Notes under the pieces: generated by a model | The model's database searches: none | What the model was told of the DNA's origin: nothing | Seen by the model: the letters and a program-made list of their open reading frames with translations, nothing else | Part shown: positions 1 to 10,040 of the stretch, one piece after another | How positions within the stretch are numbered: position 1 is the stretch's first letter | Layout: each line of letters opens with the position of its first letter | Translations under genes and position numbers: made by a program | NCBI GenBank assembly: GCA_000175855.1 | Contig: ACYB01000042.1 | Span: forward strand, 60,001-92,000 | DNA from: Raphidiopsis brookii D9 | Lineage (GTDB): Bacteria; Cyanobacteriota; Cyanobacteriia; Cyanobacteriales; Nostocaceae | DNA length: 32,000 nucleotides | Direction: 5' to 3'

Positions 1-829
1 ATATTTCTATCTGCTAATAGCTGACTATCTAATTCCTCATTCTCTAATTGATTGTTGGCTGCTCCTGCAATAATATTAGCTTGCAATTTGGGAATGGTGC
101 GACTATTAATTATTCCTCCTAAAGCACAGGGAGCAAATATATCAACATCTAATTCATAAATTTCTTCCACATCTACAATATTTACCGGATATAACCTCTC
201 AACTTCTGCCAGTTTATGATTAGATATATCACTGACAAAAATTTCCACTTCCTGGTGGGATAAAATTTCGCAAAGGTTTTTACCCACGTTGCCTACTCCT
301 TGAATAGCCACTTTTAAACCCTGGAGATTTTTCTTTCCCCAGTAGAAATCTACTGCTGCTTTCATCCCTGCTTCTACTCCCACTGCGGTAGGATAGCTAG
401 AACCACCGTATGTGGATATTAAGCCAACCATGTAGGGTGTTTTTCACCTATTTTATGGGCATCTTCCCAGGAAATATTTACATCTTGTCCAGTAATAAAA
501 CTCCCTCTAAAACTATTGATAAAACTCCCGTATGCACTAAATAACTTATTATTTTTCTGTTCTGGATCGGCTATAATTACTGCTTTACCACCACCCATGG
601 GAATATTGGCACAAGCTGCTTTATAGGTCATGGAATAACTCAAGCGCAGGGCATCCTTGAGAGCATCTTCTTCTGTGGAATATGGCAATAATCTTGTCCC
701 CCCTAGGGCTACCCCCGAACCTAAATTAGTATTGTGGATGGCGACAATAGCTTTCAATCCTGATTCCTGGTCATAACAGAATGTTACTTGCTTGTGTCCC
801 ATTTCAGCAATTTTTAAAAATATTTCCAT
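1..829 (-). pseudogene. Leucine/phenylalanine-type amino-acid dehydrogenase (Glu/Leu/Phe/Val dehydrogenase family). The C-terminus lies beyond the window edge and the frame is broken once.
   Basis: ORF 419..829 encodes the N-terminal substrate domain (GGTRLLPY, MGGGKAVI). From about 440 down to base 1, another minus-strand frame reads without stops: PYMVGLISTYGGSSYPTAVGVEAGMKAA...IQGVGNVGKNL (Rossmann)...FAPCALGG...IIAGAANNQL. One extra A in the A5 run (T5 at 440..444 on +) would fuse the two parts as GEKTPYMVG. Confidence 0.8.
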
Positions 830-876
830 GGTATTTCCCTCCGTGGATTAACATCTAAAGCTCCCCTAATTGTGTT

Positions 877-2499
877 TTATTTCAAAATTTGAGTAAATAG
901 GGTTTTTAGTCTTTGTAAAGCTGGTGAAATATCATCTGCAGAAATTCTCACATCTAAAATGCTAAAATTTTCACTTTCTTTGGCTATACTTAAGGCTCTT
1001 CTGAGTTCTAATCCTGTACGAATTACAAAGCCATTGCCTCCCAAAACTTTAGCCAAATCACCATAGTCAATTGTACTAATATTTAGGAATTCCGCATTCT
1101 CATGTCCCATAGCCCTTAAGGAAGCAAATGAACTATTATTAATAATAATTACTATGGGGTTCATTCCCAGTCTTTTAGCTGTTAATAGTTCCATTCCTGT
1201 CATTTGGAATGCACCATCACCTACTAATGCCAACACCCGACGAAAGGGATCCGCTAATTGGGCACCTATTATTGCCGGAATGGCAAAACCCATGCTGGCA
1301 TAAAAAGCAGGAGCTAAATAGCTTGTTCCCTGTTTGGTTTGAATATCATCTGCTGCAAATAAACTGTCTCCTACATCTGTGATCATTATGGTTTTATGAT
1401 CAATGAATTGATTAATTTCATAAATTAATCCACCCATAGATATATTATCTACGTTCTCCTCCACTCGCGGGTGCATCCTATAAGTATTTGGGAATTGAAA
1501 ATGTGGTAAATGGGGATTTTTTAATAGTCCCGTAATGAAGTCGATAAATAAAATGTTCTGATATTCATGATGTTTAATGGCAATCCGTTCTGAAGTGGCA
1601 GATATGGTATGTTTTTGGTTAATATGGGCGGTAAACATTCCTAGGTTAATATCTGTCATGAATACCCCTAACATTAATAAACAGTCGGATTCTTCCACTA
1701 TTTTGTTAATATTTTTGTCTCCCGCTTCACCATTGTAAATGCCTAGATATTGGGGATGGGTTTCAGGAAACACTGATTTTCCCAACATGGTGGCACAAAT
1801 CGGTACACCCAATTTTTCTGCAAGTGCTAACAGTTGTACTTGTAACCCAAAACGATGTACTTCCACACCCGCTACAATTACTGGTGATTTGGCTTTTTCT
1901 AGTATTTCTAATGTTTCCGATACGGCCTCGTTTAAGCTATCTATATCCGTGTGCTTTACTGGTACTCTTTCATAATCCACTTCCGGTAACTCCGCGTACA
2001 CCATATCACGAGGTATTTCCAAGTATACAGGGCGTTTGAATGTTTTTGCATAATCAATAGCACGATGGATTTTTCTCTCAGCTGTTTCTATATCAGTGAT
2101 AGCACTGGCATAAACCGTTATTTCTTCATAAACTCGTCTTTGACTGTCAAAGGTTTTTACTTTGTGATGTAGTAGGGTATCTTGTCTTCTTTCTTTTATT
2201 CCTGGACTGCCACTTAAAATTACTAATGGTGACTTCTCAGCATAGGCACCTGCTACAGCATTAACCATGTTTAACCCACCTACTCCATAGGTAACTACTG
2301 CCAGACCTAAACCCCGAATACGGGCATAAGCGTCAGCGGCAAAACCTACACTTGGTTCATGGGTCATAATTACTGGTGTAATTTTGCTCTCTGCTAAGGC
2401 ATCATATAAGGTAAGGGCAAAATCACCGGGTATGCCAAACGCGTGTTCTATACCGTGCTGGTGTAAAATATGAAATATATGAGGTGCCAATTGGGGCAT
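877..2499 (-). CDS. Thiamine-diphosphate-dependent alpha-keto-acid decarboxylase (pyruvate/indolepyruvate/phenylpyruvate decarboxylase family)
   Basis: 540-aa ORF. N-terminal PYR domain (FGIPGDF, THEPSVGFAADAYAR), LLHH pair as in PDC/IPDC enzymes, and a C-terminal ThDP motif GDG...NN (LVGDGAFQMTGMEL...VIIINNSSF). Lies 47 nt upstream of, and co-oriented with, the dehydrogenase gene. Confidence 0.85.
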   Translation of the reverse strand: MPQLAPHIFHILHQHGIEHAFGIPGDFALTLYDALAESKITPVIMTHEPSVGFAADAYARIRGLGLAVVTYGVGGLNMVNAVAGAYAEKSPLVILSGSPGIKERRQDTLLHHKVKTFDSQRRVYEEITVYASAITDIETAERKIHRAIDYAKTFKRPVYLEIPRDMVYAELPEVDYERVPVKHTDIDSLNEAVSETLEILEKAKSPVIVAGVEVHRFGLQVQLLALAEKLGVPICATMLGKSVFPETHPQYLGIYNGEAGDKNINKIVEESDCLLMLGVFMTDINLGMFTAHINQKHTISATSERIAIKHHEYQNILFIDFITGLLKNPHLPHFQFPNTYRMHPRVEENVDNISMGGLIYEINQFIDHKTIMITDVGDSLFAADDIQTKQGTSYLAPAFYASMGFAIPAIIGAQLADPFRRVLALVGDGAFQMTGMELLTAKRLGMNPIVIIINNSSFASLRAMGHENAEFLNISTIDYGDLAKVLGGNGFVIRTGLELRRALSIAKESENFSILDVRISADDISPALQRLKTLFTQILK

Positions 2500-2795
2500 T
2501 TTTTATTTTTCCTAGGTTGATTGAGTGATGGTAGCGACTAAATCCTCAGATTTTCTGTGTGTTAGTGTTTTTGTTATCCTAGTTATACAAGTTTATAGGG
2601 GATTATCCTCATTCTTGAGATACAAAGTTGAACGGTTGACTTTGTTGCTAAAAATGTAACCAAAGAAAATTTTTCTCCAGATCATGGCAAATTTTTTAAT
2701 TATCCAAATCCCATTCAAATCCCAAAATGTTTTGTGGTTTGATTCACAAATTAACGTATTAATGTACTAGTAATTCGCCAAGGAGTGCATGTCTA

Positions 2796-3551
2796 ATGTC
2801 TAGGATATCTACAAATACTTCACTGCCATTTCGGTTTAAGTTTAAGCAACTGGGAAAAATTGCCTATTTAAGTCTAGTAATTTCCAGCATATTTACCTTA
2901 CCAGCATCAGCTCAGGAAAAGGCTCAATTATGGCGCACATTAACTGTTAGTGGTAGCGGGGTAGAAACCATAGCCACCACTTTAACAAGAGTGAGTTTGG
3001 GTGTAGAAGTTCAGGGAAAAACCGCTCAAGAGGTCCAACAGGAAGCTGCTCGCAGATCCTCTGCAGTAGTGAATTTACTCAAGTCCCGTAAAGTTGAAAA
3101 GTTAGAAACTACCGGTGTCAGGCTTAATCCAGTTTATAGTTATACGAACAATATACAAAGTATTACTGGCTATGCTGCTAGTAACACGGTGGGTTTTCGC
3201 TTTGCTACTGATAAGGTTGGTTCCTTGTTAGATGAAGCGATCAAAACTGGAGCAAGCGAAATTAATGGTATTAGTTTTGTTGCTACGGATGAGGCTATTA
3301 ATGAAGCACAAAAACAAGCTCTAAGAAAAGCAACCCAGGAGGCTAGAAAGCAAGCCGAAGCAGTTCTCAGCAGTTTAGGTTTCCAGACCAAAGAAATAAT
3401 TAGCATTCAAATTAACAATGCTAGTGCACCACCTCCACCTATGTTACAAAGATCCCAAATGGTTAAGGCTTCCGCCTCGGATGCAGTTACTCCTATAGTT
3501 GGTGGTGAACAACAGGTGGAAGCGTCTGTAACTCTGCAAATCAGCTATTAG
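2796..3551 (+). CDS. SIMPL/DUF541 family secreted protein
   Basis: 251-aa ORF with an N-terminal signal-like hydrophobic segment ending ASAQE. The layout is typical of DUF541 (GYAASNTVGFRF, INGISFVATDEAINEAQKQALRKATQEARKQAEAV). Family assignment is from memory of the motif pattern. Confidence 0.65.
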   Translation: MSRISTNTSLPFRFKFKQLGKIAYLSLVISSIFTLPASAQEKAQLWRTLTVSGSGVETIATTLTRVSLGVEVQGKTAQEVQQEAARRSSAVVNLLKSRKVEKLETTGVRLNPVYSYTNNIQSITGYAASNTVGFRFATDKVGSLLDEAIKTGASEINGISFVATDEAINEAQKQALRKATQEARKQAEAVLSSLGFQTKEIISIQINNASAPPPPMLQRSQMVKASASDAVTPIVGGEQQVEASVTLQISY

Positions 3552-3606
3552 TTTATACTTATAGCTGTCTGTAAGGTTTAAATTACATACTAGTCAGACT
3601 ATCAAG

Positions 3607-4212
3607 TTAAACGCTGCATAGTTGATACCAAGTATTAGGACCCACAATACCGTCTACTGATAGGTCACGCTGACTTTGAAAAGCTTTAATAGCCGTTTCA
3701 GTCAGCGGTCCGAAAACACCATCGACCCGCACATTATAACCATTAGATATTAATAGGCGCTGCAGGACTCTAATCGCTAGACCAGAATCACCAAATCGGA
3801 GGGTTGGCATTTGAGGGCTATTATATGCCAAGTAATCCCTTGATGGGAATCTTTTTTTTGGGAGATTTGACCTGTCAGCTAACTGAAATCGTGGGGGTGA
3901 TTGGCGCTTTACTGGGCGTTTAGATGCTTGCTGCCATTTATAGGGATCAAGAATACCCACGCGTCCCTCACTTTTACCCATCAACCCTTTTCTAACTGTT
4001 CTGGGTATAGCTATTTTTTCCGTAATGGCCACTGTGATGAATTCAGGCGCTGCCATCCTGGATGTAATGCCGTCCGGTAATGGGGGAAAATGGCTATTTT
4101 TTTGCTCGTATTGGGCATTTTCCCCTTTTAATAGGCGTTCGTTTGGTAAATGGGGTAAATTCGTCTGTTTATTGTTGAATACCCCTATAATCAGCATTCC
4201 AATTTCGGTCAT
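3607..4212 (-). CDS. Peptidoglycan-binding domain protein (PG_binding_1 at the C-terminus)
   Basis: The C-terminal 60 aa (GDSGLAIRVLQRLLISNGYNVRVDGVFGPLTETAIKAFQSQRDLSVDGIVGPNTWYQL) match the classic PG-binding repeat. The N-terminal part is not recognisable and the start codon is uncertain. Confidence 0.6.
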   Translation of the reverse strand: MTEIGMLIIGVFNNKQTNLPHLPNERLLKGENAQYEQKNSHFPPLPDGITSRMAAPEFITVAITEKIAIPRTVRKGLMGKSEGRVGILDPYKWQQASKRPVKRQSPPRFQLADRSNLPKKRFPSRDYLAYNSPQMPTLRFGDSGLAIRVLQRLLISNGYNVRVDGVFGPLTETAIKAFQSQRDLSVDGIVGPNTWYQLCSV

Positions 4213-4333
4213 TTCTGTTTATCTCATATTATATTAAGTAACTTTTGAATTGAAAAAATGACGTAATAGATAGTTTACTGGACAAATAATTGTTTATTCT
4301 TCATCCATGAGACTTTTTTTGGGTTGACCAAAT

Positions 4334-5455
4334 TTATGGATGGAAATAAAATGCAAAGCCCAAAACCGTATATGCTGCCAATAATAAAGTTCCTTCTAAC
4401 CAATTGGATTTGCCATCGGAACTAATGCTATTAGCAATTAAGACTGACACAGCTACTGCTACTAGTTCAAAAGGATTAAAGTCTAAATCCATTGGTTGTT
4501 TCATGAACCATCCGGATATTACCAGTACAGGTGCTACAAATAAAGCTATCTGCATGCTTGATCCAACAGCTACTGATAGTGAAAGATCCATTTTATTTTT
4601 CATGGCTACAGTTACTGCTGTGGCATGTTCCGCTGCGTTACCTACAATTGGTACTAATATCACCCCTGTGAATAATGCTGTTAGTCCTAGTTTAGATGTA
4701 GCTACTTCTAGTGAGTCCACTAATAGTTCTGATTCCAACGCCACTAATAAGGTACAAACCAACAATACACCAGTCCACAATGCAATATTTGGTTTTTGAT
4801 GGTTATTTTCCTCTTCTGTATCTGCTAAACCCACATCATATAGGTAAGCGTGGGTTTTCATAGAAAAAAGCAGGGTTAGACCATAAACTAAAATGAGCAC
4901 TACCGCTACAGCAAGAGAAAGATTTTGTAGCACATTCTCACTAATTCCTATAGAGGTATAATTCACTGCAGTTGGTAGTAAAATAGCTATTACCGCTAAA
5001 TTCATTGAAGAAGCATTCACTCTTGCAACTACAGATTCAAAACTCTGCTCTTTATAACGTATTCCACCTAAAAACATTGAAAGCCCCATAACCAGAAGCA
5101 GGTTACCGATAATTGATCCCGTAATACTGGCTTTCACCACATCTATTAGTCCAGCATTGAGCGCGACTAGAGCTATAATTAATTCTGTGGCATTGCCAAA
5201 AGTGGCATTTAATAAACCTCCTAACACTGGGCCCACAACCACTGCTATTTCTTCGGTGGCTGTGCCCATCCAAGCGGCTAATGGTAAAATTGCTAATCCA
5301 GCAGTGATAAATACTACTAATTCTCCCCACTCTAAGAAGTGTGCGGCTAAGGAAATAGGGATGAAAACTAGCAAAGTCAGGAAGATGATATTTTTAGTTG
5401 ACATTATTCTAGTTGTTGGTTCGTTGGTTTCAATTGTCACACGATTATTATACAA
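4334..5455 (-). CDS. Ca2+/H+ antiporter, CAX family
   Basis: 373-aa polytopic membrane ORF with the two CAX signature repeats GNATELIIA and GNAAEHATAV. The start could instead be the internal Met of MSTKNIIFL. Confidence 0.85.
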   Translation of the reverse strand: MYNNRVTIETNEPTTRIMSTKNIIFLTLLVFIPISLAAHFLEWGELVVFITAGLAILPLAAWMGTATEEIAVVVGPVLGGLLNATFGNATELIIALVALNAGLIDVVKASITGSIIGNLLLVMGLSMFLGGIRYKEQSFESVVARVNASSMNLAVIAILLPTAVNYTSIGISENVLQNLSLAVAVVLILVYGLTLLFSMKTHAYLYDVGLADTEEENNHQKPNIALWTGVLLVCTLLVALESELLVDSLEVATSKLGLTALFTGVILVPIVGNAAEHATAVTVAMKNKMDLSLSVAVGSSMQIALFVAPVLVISGWFMKQPMDLDFNPFELVAVAVSVLIANSISSDGKSNWLEGTLLLAAYTVLGFAFYFHP

Positions 5456-5611
5456 TTTTATTTACGCCATGTAAAACCCCATTGTTCTTTTAAGTTTTTT
5501 TAAGATTGTCTCTCACCCTCTTAATACCAGTTAATACTAGATTTTGGTAGCAACCGGGTGGATATCAAAAGATTTTCCCTACAACCACAATTTTCTCCAG
5601 GTTAAGAATAT

Positions 5612-8317
5612 ATGACATCCGCTGCTGAATCTTCAGTAAATTCTGGGTCAACTCTTACTTTCCAAGTAGATGAGAATGACCAATCCACACTTAGTTATGA
5701 TCCCCTGACTAAACCCTGTGGTGTGTATGTGACTGTCCATGGTCACTTTTATCAACCACCAAGGGAAAATCCCTATTTGGATGCTATTGAACGTCAACCT
5801 AGTGCTACTCCTTTCCATGACTGGAATGAGCGTATTCATTGGGAATGTTATCGTCCTAATGCCTTTGCTAGAGTCTTAAATGACCGGGGTGAATTGTTGG
5901 GGATCGTCAATAATTATGAGTACATGAGTTTTAATATCGGTCCAACCCTTATGTCTTGGTTGGAACGCTACGATATGGAAGTTTATCAAAGAATATTAGA
6001 GGCTGATATTAGGAGTAGTCAAAGGCTCAATGGTCATGGCAATGCTATTGCCCAAGTCTATAATCACATAATTATGCCCTTGGCAAATGAAAGAGATAAA
6101 TACACTCAAATTCGCTGGGGTAAGGCGGACTTTAAATCTAGGTTTGGTCGGGACCCAGAAGGTATTTGGTTGGCAGAAACGGCTATAGATTATGCAACCA
6201 TAGCAGCTTTGATCTCCGAAGGAATTAAGTTTATTATTCTTGCTCCTTCCCAAGCTCAACGCTGTCGTCCTTTTCCTGCAGACCATGATCCCCATCCAGA
6301 ATGGCATGAGGTGGGTGGTAGTCAAATTGATCCTACCCGTCCCTATCGTTGTTATTTAAAACCTGGTTTCCAAACCACTTCTTCACCCTTAAGTGTGAGT
6401 AAAATAACCTCCCTACAGAGTACGGATGAGTTGCCCTATATTGATATCTTTTTCTACGATGGACCTATATCAAGAGATATGGGTTTTACTGATGTGGTTT
6501 ATAGTTCTAGTCATTTTACCGGGCGGGTGGGCGCTGCTATCCGTGGGGATCATCGTCTTGCTCAGTTAATATCTGTGGCTACTGATGGGGAAACTTTTGG
6601 ACACCACAAAAAGGGGACTGAGAAAACTTTGGCATACGCTTTTATTGGTGAGTTCCCCCGTCATGGTTGGACTGTCACTAATTTCGCTCACTATTTAAGT
6701 TTATATCCCCCCACCTGGGAAGTGGAGTTAAAACCTGTCACAGCGTGGAGTTGTGCCCATGGTGTGGATCGTTGGCAAGATGATTGTGGTTGTGGTGGGG
6801 AAGGAGGGGTCTGGCATCAAAAATGGCGCCAACCTCTACGTCAAGCTCTTAATTGGTTGCGAGATGAGTTAATTGCAGTCTATGAGGATTATGGTAGAAG
6901 GTTATTTCATGACCCCTGGTTGGCACGGGATGAATATATAGATATTCTCCGAGACCGCTCTAATGCTAATGTTCATCGTTTTCTCTCCCGTCATCAAACT
7001 CACAAACTGACTCCCAGTGAACAGGTGGATGCTTTGCGTTTATTGGAAATGCAGCGTCACTCTCTATTTATGTTTACCAGCTGCGGTTGGTTTTTTGAGG
7101 AGTTATCTAGACCGGAAGGAACTCAGGTTCTTCGTTATGCTGCTCGCGCTTTGGAGTTGGCCGGTGATATTGCAGGTGTACAGCTGGAAAAGGGTTTCCT
7201 CAAACGCTTGAGTCTAGCTCCTAGTAATGTGGAACAGTTTAAACATGGTGGTGAAGTTTATCGTCAGCTCGTACTGACCGCTCAAATCGGGTTTAAACAA
7301 GTTGCCGCTCACTATGCTATTACTTCTTTGTTTAATCATCACAATGGTACTGTCCCCACCCAGGAGTCTAGAAAACACTTGGAAGGTCATCAAAAACGTG
7401 TTTATTGCTACACTGCTGATCAGTTAGATTATCAAATACAGCGCATGGGTTCTCTAACTATGGCAGTTGGTCACTTAAAGTTAGTGTCGGAAATTACATG
7501 GGAAAGTGAAAATCTGGTGTTTGCAGTTTTGCATTTGGGAGGTTGGGATTTCCACTGCTGTATTCAGCAGTTTACCGGAAGACGAGATTATGGTCACCTC
7601 AAAGAAAATCTTTTGGCATCGCTACAACAAGCAAGTGCAGCTCATGCTATTGTTATGATGACTAAGATGTTTGGCGAACAGGCATTTAGTTTACAAAATC
7701 TTTTTGCAGAGGAACGCCACCGGATTATGCGCTTGCTAAGTCAGGAGACTTTAACTAGGTTAGACCAACTCTACACCCAAACCTATCGGGAAAATTATGG
7801 GGTAATTATGGCTTTTCATCGAGATGGTTTAACAGTCCCCCAAGAATTACAAGTAGCTGCTGAAATTGCTCTTGGTTATAGTTGTTTGACTATCTTGCGC
7901 TCTCTCGAACAGGATATTAACGATCCTCAGTTGAGTTATTCTCATGTCCTACAATTACAGGCGATCGCCACGGAGGCCAAACATTTACGTTGTCAATTAA
8001 AAATTCCTGAAGGAAAACAAATTTTAGAAAAATTAATTATGCGTCTATTATGGCAATTACTACATGAATCTAGCGGATACATGGATATTACCAGACTAGA
8101 AAAGTTGGAAAAGTTACTTGATGTTGGCAATGACTTAAACGTGGATATCTCTTTGGATAAATCCCAGGAACTGTACTTTAGCTGTTTACAGAGTCAAATT
8201 ATCCCTCAATATCTCAATCACCTCAACGGACGAGGAGAAGCTACACAGTACCATCAGTTGCTCAAGATCGGTGAAAAATTAGGTATTGATGTAAGTGATG
8301 TAAGTAACTATGGCTAG
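5612..8317 (+). CDS. Glycoside hydrolase family 57 protein with a long C-terminal extension (DUF3536-like)
   Basis: 901-aa ORF. The N-terminal motif HGHFYQPPRENP and the following WLAETA / ATDGETFGHH blocks are typical of GH57 catalytic domains. Confidence 0.8.
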   Translation: MTSAAESSVNSGSTLTFQVDENDQSTLSYDPLTKPCGVYVTVHGHFYQPPRENPYLDAIERQPSATPFHDWNERIHWECYRPNAFARVLNDRGELLGIVNNYEYMSFNIGPTLMSWLERYDMEVYQRILEADIRSSQRLNGHGNAIAQVYNHIIMPLANERDKYTQIRWGKADFKSRFGRDPEGIWLAETAIDYATIAALISEGIKFIILAPSQAQRCRPFPADHDPHPEWHEVGGSQIDPTRPYRCYLKPGFQTTSSPLSVSKITSLQSTDELPYIDIFFYDGPISRDMGFTDVVYSSSHFTGRVGAAIRGDHRLAQLISVATDGETFGHHKKGTEKTLAYAFIGEFPRHGWTVTNFAHYLSLYPPTWEVELKPVTAWSCAHGVDRWQDDCGCGGEGGVWHQKWRQPLRQALNWLRDELIAVYEDYGRRLFHDPWLARDEYIDILRDRSNANVHRFLSRHQTHKLTPSEQVDALRLLEMQRHSLFMFTSCGWFFEELSRPEGTQVLRYAARALELAGDIAGVQLEKGFLKRLSLAPSNVEQFKHGGEVYRQLVLTAQIGFKQVAAHYAITSLFNHHNGTVPTQESRKHLEGHQKRVYCYTADQLDYQIQRMGSLTMAVGHLKLVSEITWESENLVFAVLHLGGWDFHCCIQQFTGRRDYGHLKENLLASLQQASAAHAIVMMTKMFGEQAFSLQNLFAEERHRIMRLLSQETLTRLDQLYTQTYRENYGVIMAFHRDGLTVPQELQVAAEIALGYSCLTILRSLEQDINDPQLSYSHVLQLQAIATEAKHLRCQLKIPEGKQILEKLIMRLLWQLLHESSGYMDITRLEKLEKLLDVGNDLNVDISLDKSQELYFSCLQSQIIPQYLNHLNGRGEATQYHQLLKIGEKLGIDVSDVSNYG

Positions 8318-8328
8318 TTAAAAAAGTT

Positions 8329-8345
8329 GGGGGACAAGTTCCCCC
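8329..8345 (-). terminator. GC-rich hairpin between convergent genes; likely intrinsic terminator of the DAHP synthase gene
   Basis: GGGGGA-caagt-TCCCCC. On the minus strand it is followed by aacTTTTTT. It sits 15 nt downstream of the minus-strand stop at 8360. Confidence 0.45.
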
Positions 8346-8359
8346 TGGAATTAAGCTAG

Positions 8360-9421
8360 TTAAACAGATGAAAGAACTGGCTGATGCCAACGTCCCACAG
8401 CTTGACCAATTACGGAAAGTTCTTGCATTAACTGATCAAACCTATCTGGTGTGATGGATTGAGGTCCATCGGAAAGAGCCTTAGCTGGGTTGGGATGGAC
8501 TTCTATCATCAGGGAATCAGTACCAGCAGCAATTGCTGCCATAGCCATAGAAGGCACAAATTCTGCCCAACCTACACCATGGCTGGGATCAATCATTATG
8601 GGTAGATGGGTGAGTTTTCTTAATACTGGAACTACGGATAAATCTAGAGTGTTCCGTGTATACTGACGATCAAAGGTTCTAATTCCCCGCTCACACAAGA
8701 TTACATTAGGGTTACCTGCTGCCAATATATACTCGGCGGCCATGAGCCAGTCTTCAATCGTTGCGGCCATACCACGTTTTAATAACACTGGTTTTGACTG
8801 AGCTCCCACTTGTTTGAGTAAGGAGAAATTCTGCATATTTCTGGCTCCAACCTGAATCACATCAGCAACTTGGGCGATTTTCTCCAAATCCGCACCATCC
8901 ATTACCTCAGTAATAATTCCTAGTCCACTCACCTCCCGTGCTTTTGCCAATAACTCTAAAGCACTTTCACCATGTCCTTGAAAAGCGTATGGTGAGGTGC
9001 GGGGTTTATATGCTCCACCCCGCAAAAACTTGGCACCGCTAAGTTTCACTCTTAAAGCGGTTTCCACAATCATAGCTTCATTCTCCACAGAACATGGTCC
9101 TGCTACCACTACTATAGGATGATGTTCGCCAAACACCACGTTTCCATTGGGAGTGGTGACTACTACTTCTGAAGCTTCACCATGACGAAATTGCCTACTA
9201 GCTCTTTTATAAGGTACTTCTACCCTTAAAACCTGTTCTATCCATGGACTAAGTTCTTGAATTTGTAACGGGTCTAAATCTGCTGTTTCTCCTACTAGAC
9301 CTATTACTACCTTGTGTTTACCAATGATTTTTTCTGGTGTTAAACCCCATCCAGTTAGATCTGAACTTAAACGGTCTATTTCCACCTTTGGGGAACCTAC
9401 TTTCATGACAATGATCATTTT
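8360..9421 (-). CDS. aroF: 3-deoxy-7-phosphoheptulonate (DAHP) synthase, type I-beta with an N-terminal regulatory domain
   Basis: KPRTSPYAFQG, LPIMIDPSHG and AAGTDSLMIEVHP motifs. The ORF track starts at a TTG (9439); the ATG at 9421 (MIIVMKVG) is more plausible. Confidence 0.9.
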   Translation of the reverse strand, partial: KMIIVMKVGSPKVEIDRLSSDLTGWGLTPEKIIGKHKVVIGLVGETADLDPLQIQELSPWIEQVLRVEVPYKRASRQFRHGEASEVVVTTPNGNVVFGEHHPIVVVAGPCSVENEAMIVETALRVKLSGAKFLRGGAYKPRTSPYAFQGHGESALELLAKAREVSGLGIITEVMDGADLEKIAQVADVIQVGARNMQNFSLLKQVGAQSKPVLLKRGMAATIEDWLMAAEYILAAGNPNVILCERGIRTFDRQYTRNTLDLSVVPVLRKLTHLPIMIDPSHGVGWAEFVPSMAMAAIAAGTDSLMIEVHPNPAKALSDGPQSITPDRFDQLMQELSVIGQAVGRWHQPVLSSV

Positions 9422-9564
9422 AACAGTCCCGTATTCCAACTATTATTGATTTATACATTTGGTATTAATACCATTTAACCACATACGTGAGTAATTAAGT
9501 ACAGGCGAATGGGAGCATTGTTGCGTCAGGCACCATCTAGATACCTGATCGCGGTTGGTCAGAC

Positions 9565-9879
9565 CTACTTTTTTCGAGTTTCGCGCCAGACTTCAACCAT
9601 TCTACTCCAATTGGTGCCAAATTCACCTACACCCAGTAAAGTACCTGGATTATCTTCATCCCAGGAAGCAGAAAGCACACCGTAAGTTATTCCCAATACT
9701 CCCAACCCGAACAGTCCCATATTTACCAGTAACACCGCAATGGGGGGTAGTTGAATGTGAGCATAACTGACTAACAAATAGCTGACCACCAGTGTGCTAA
9801 TACCTAAACCCGTAGGTATGCCAGAAAAGGTTGCCACTCTGCGAATCATTCTTTGGCTTACTACTTGGGGAATCGCCAT
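9565..9879 (-). CDS. PAM68-like photosystem II assembly factor (DUF3464); the N-terminal extension is probably lost to a frame break
   Basis: IPQVVSQRMIRRVATFSGIPTGLG followed by two TM helices matches cyanobacterial PAM68 (Sll0933-type) proteins. An upstream ORF from ATG 10028, in another frame, carries the usual N-terminal LPFEP plus lysine-rich segment. Confidence 0.7.
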   Translation of the reverse strand: MAIPQVVSQRMIRRVATFSGIPTGLGISTLVVSYLLVSYAHIQLPPIAVLLVNMGLFGLGVLGITYGVLSASWDEDNPGTLLGVGEFGTNWSRMVEVWRETRKK

Positions 9880-10040
9880 TTCCTCTTTAGTAAAGGGGGT
9901 TGGTTGGGCAATTTTTGTGGCGATTCCTCTGTCTTAACTACTGCTTTGGCAGAGACCTTTGAAGGTTTTTGACGCTTTTTGTTCGGTTCAAATGGTAAAC
10001 GACTGGGTTCTGATTCTTGAGCAGACATAATTGGTAGTTC

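Noticed and set aside
1-2499. Whether the ThDP enzyme plus LeuDH-like pair is the start of a scytonemin (scyA-scyB) cluster.
   Set aside because: The ThDP enzyme is a 540-aa PDC/IPDC-type protein with an LLHH motif, not an acetolactate-synthase-like ScyA of about 620 aa. This cannot be fully excluded because the region downstream of the dehydrogenase is off-window.
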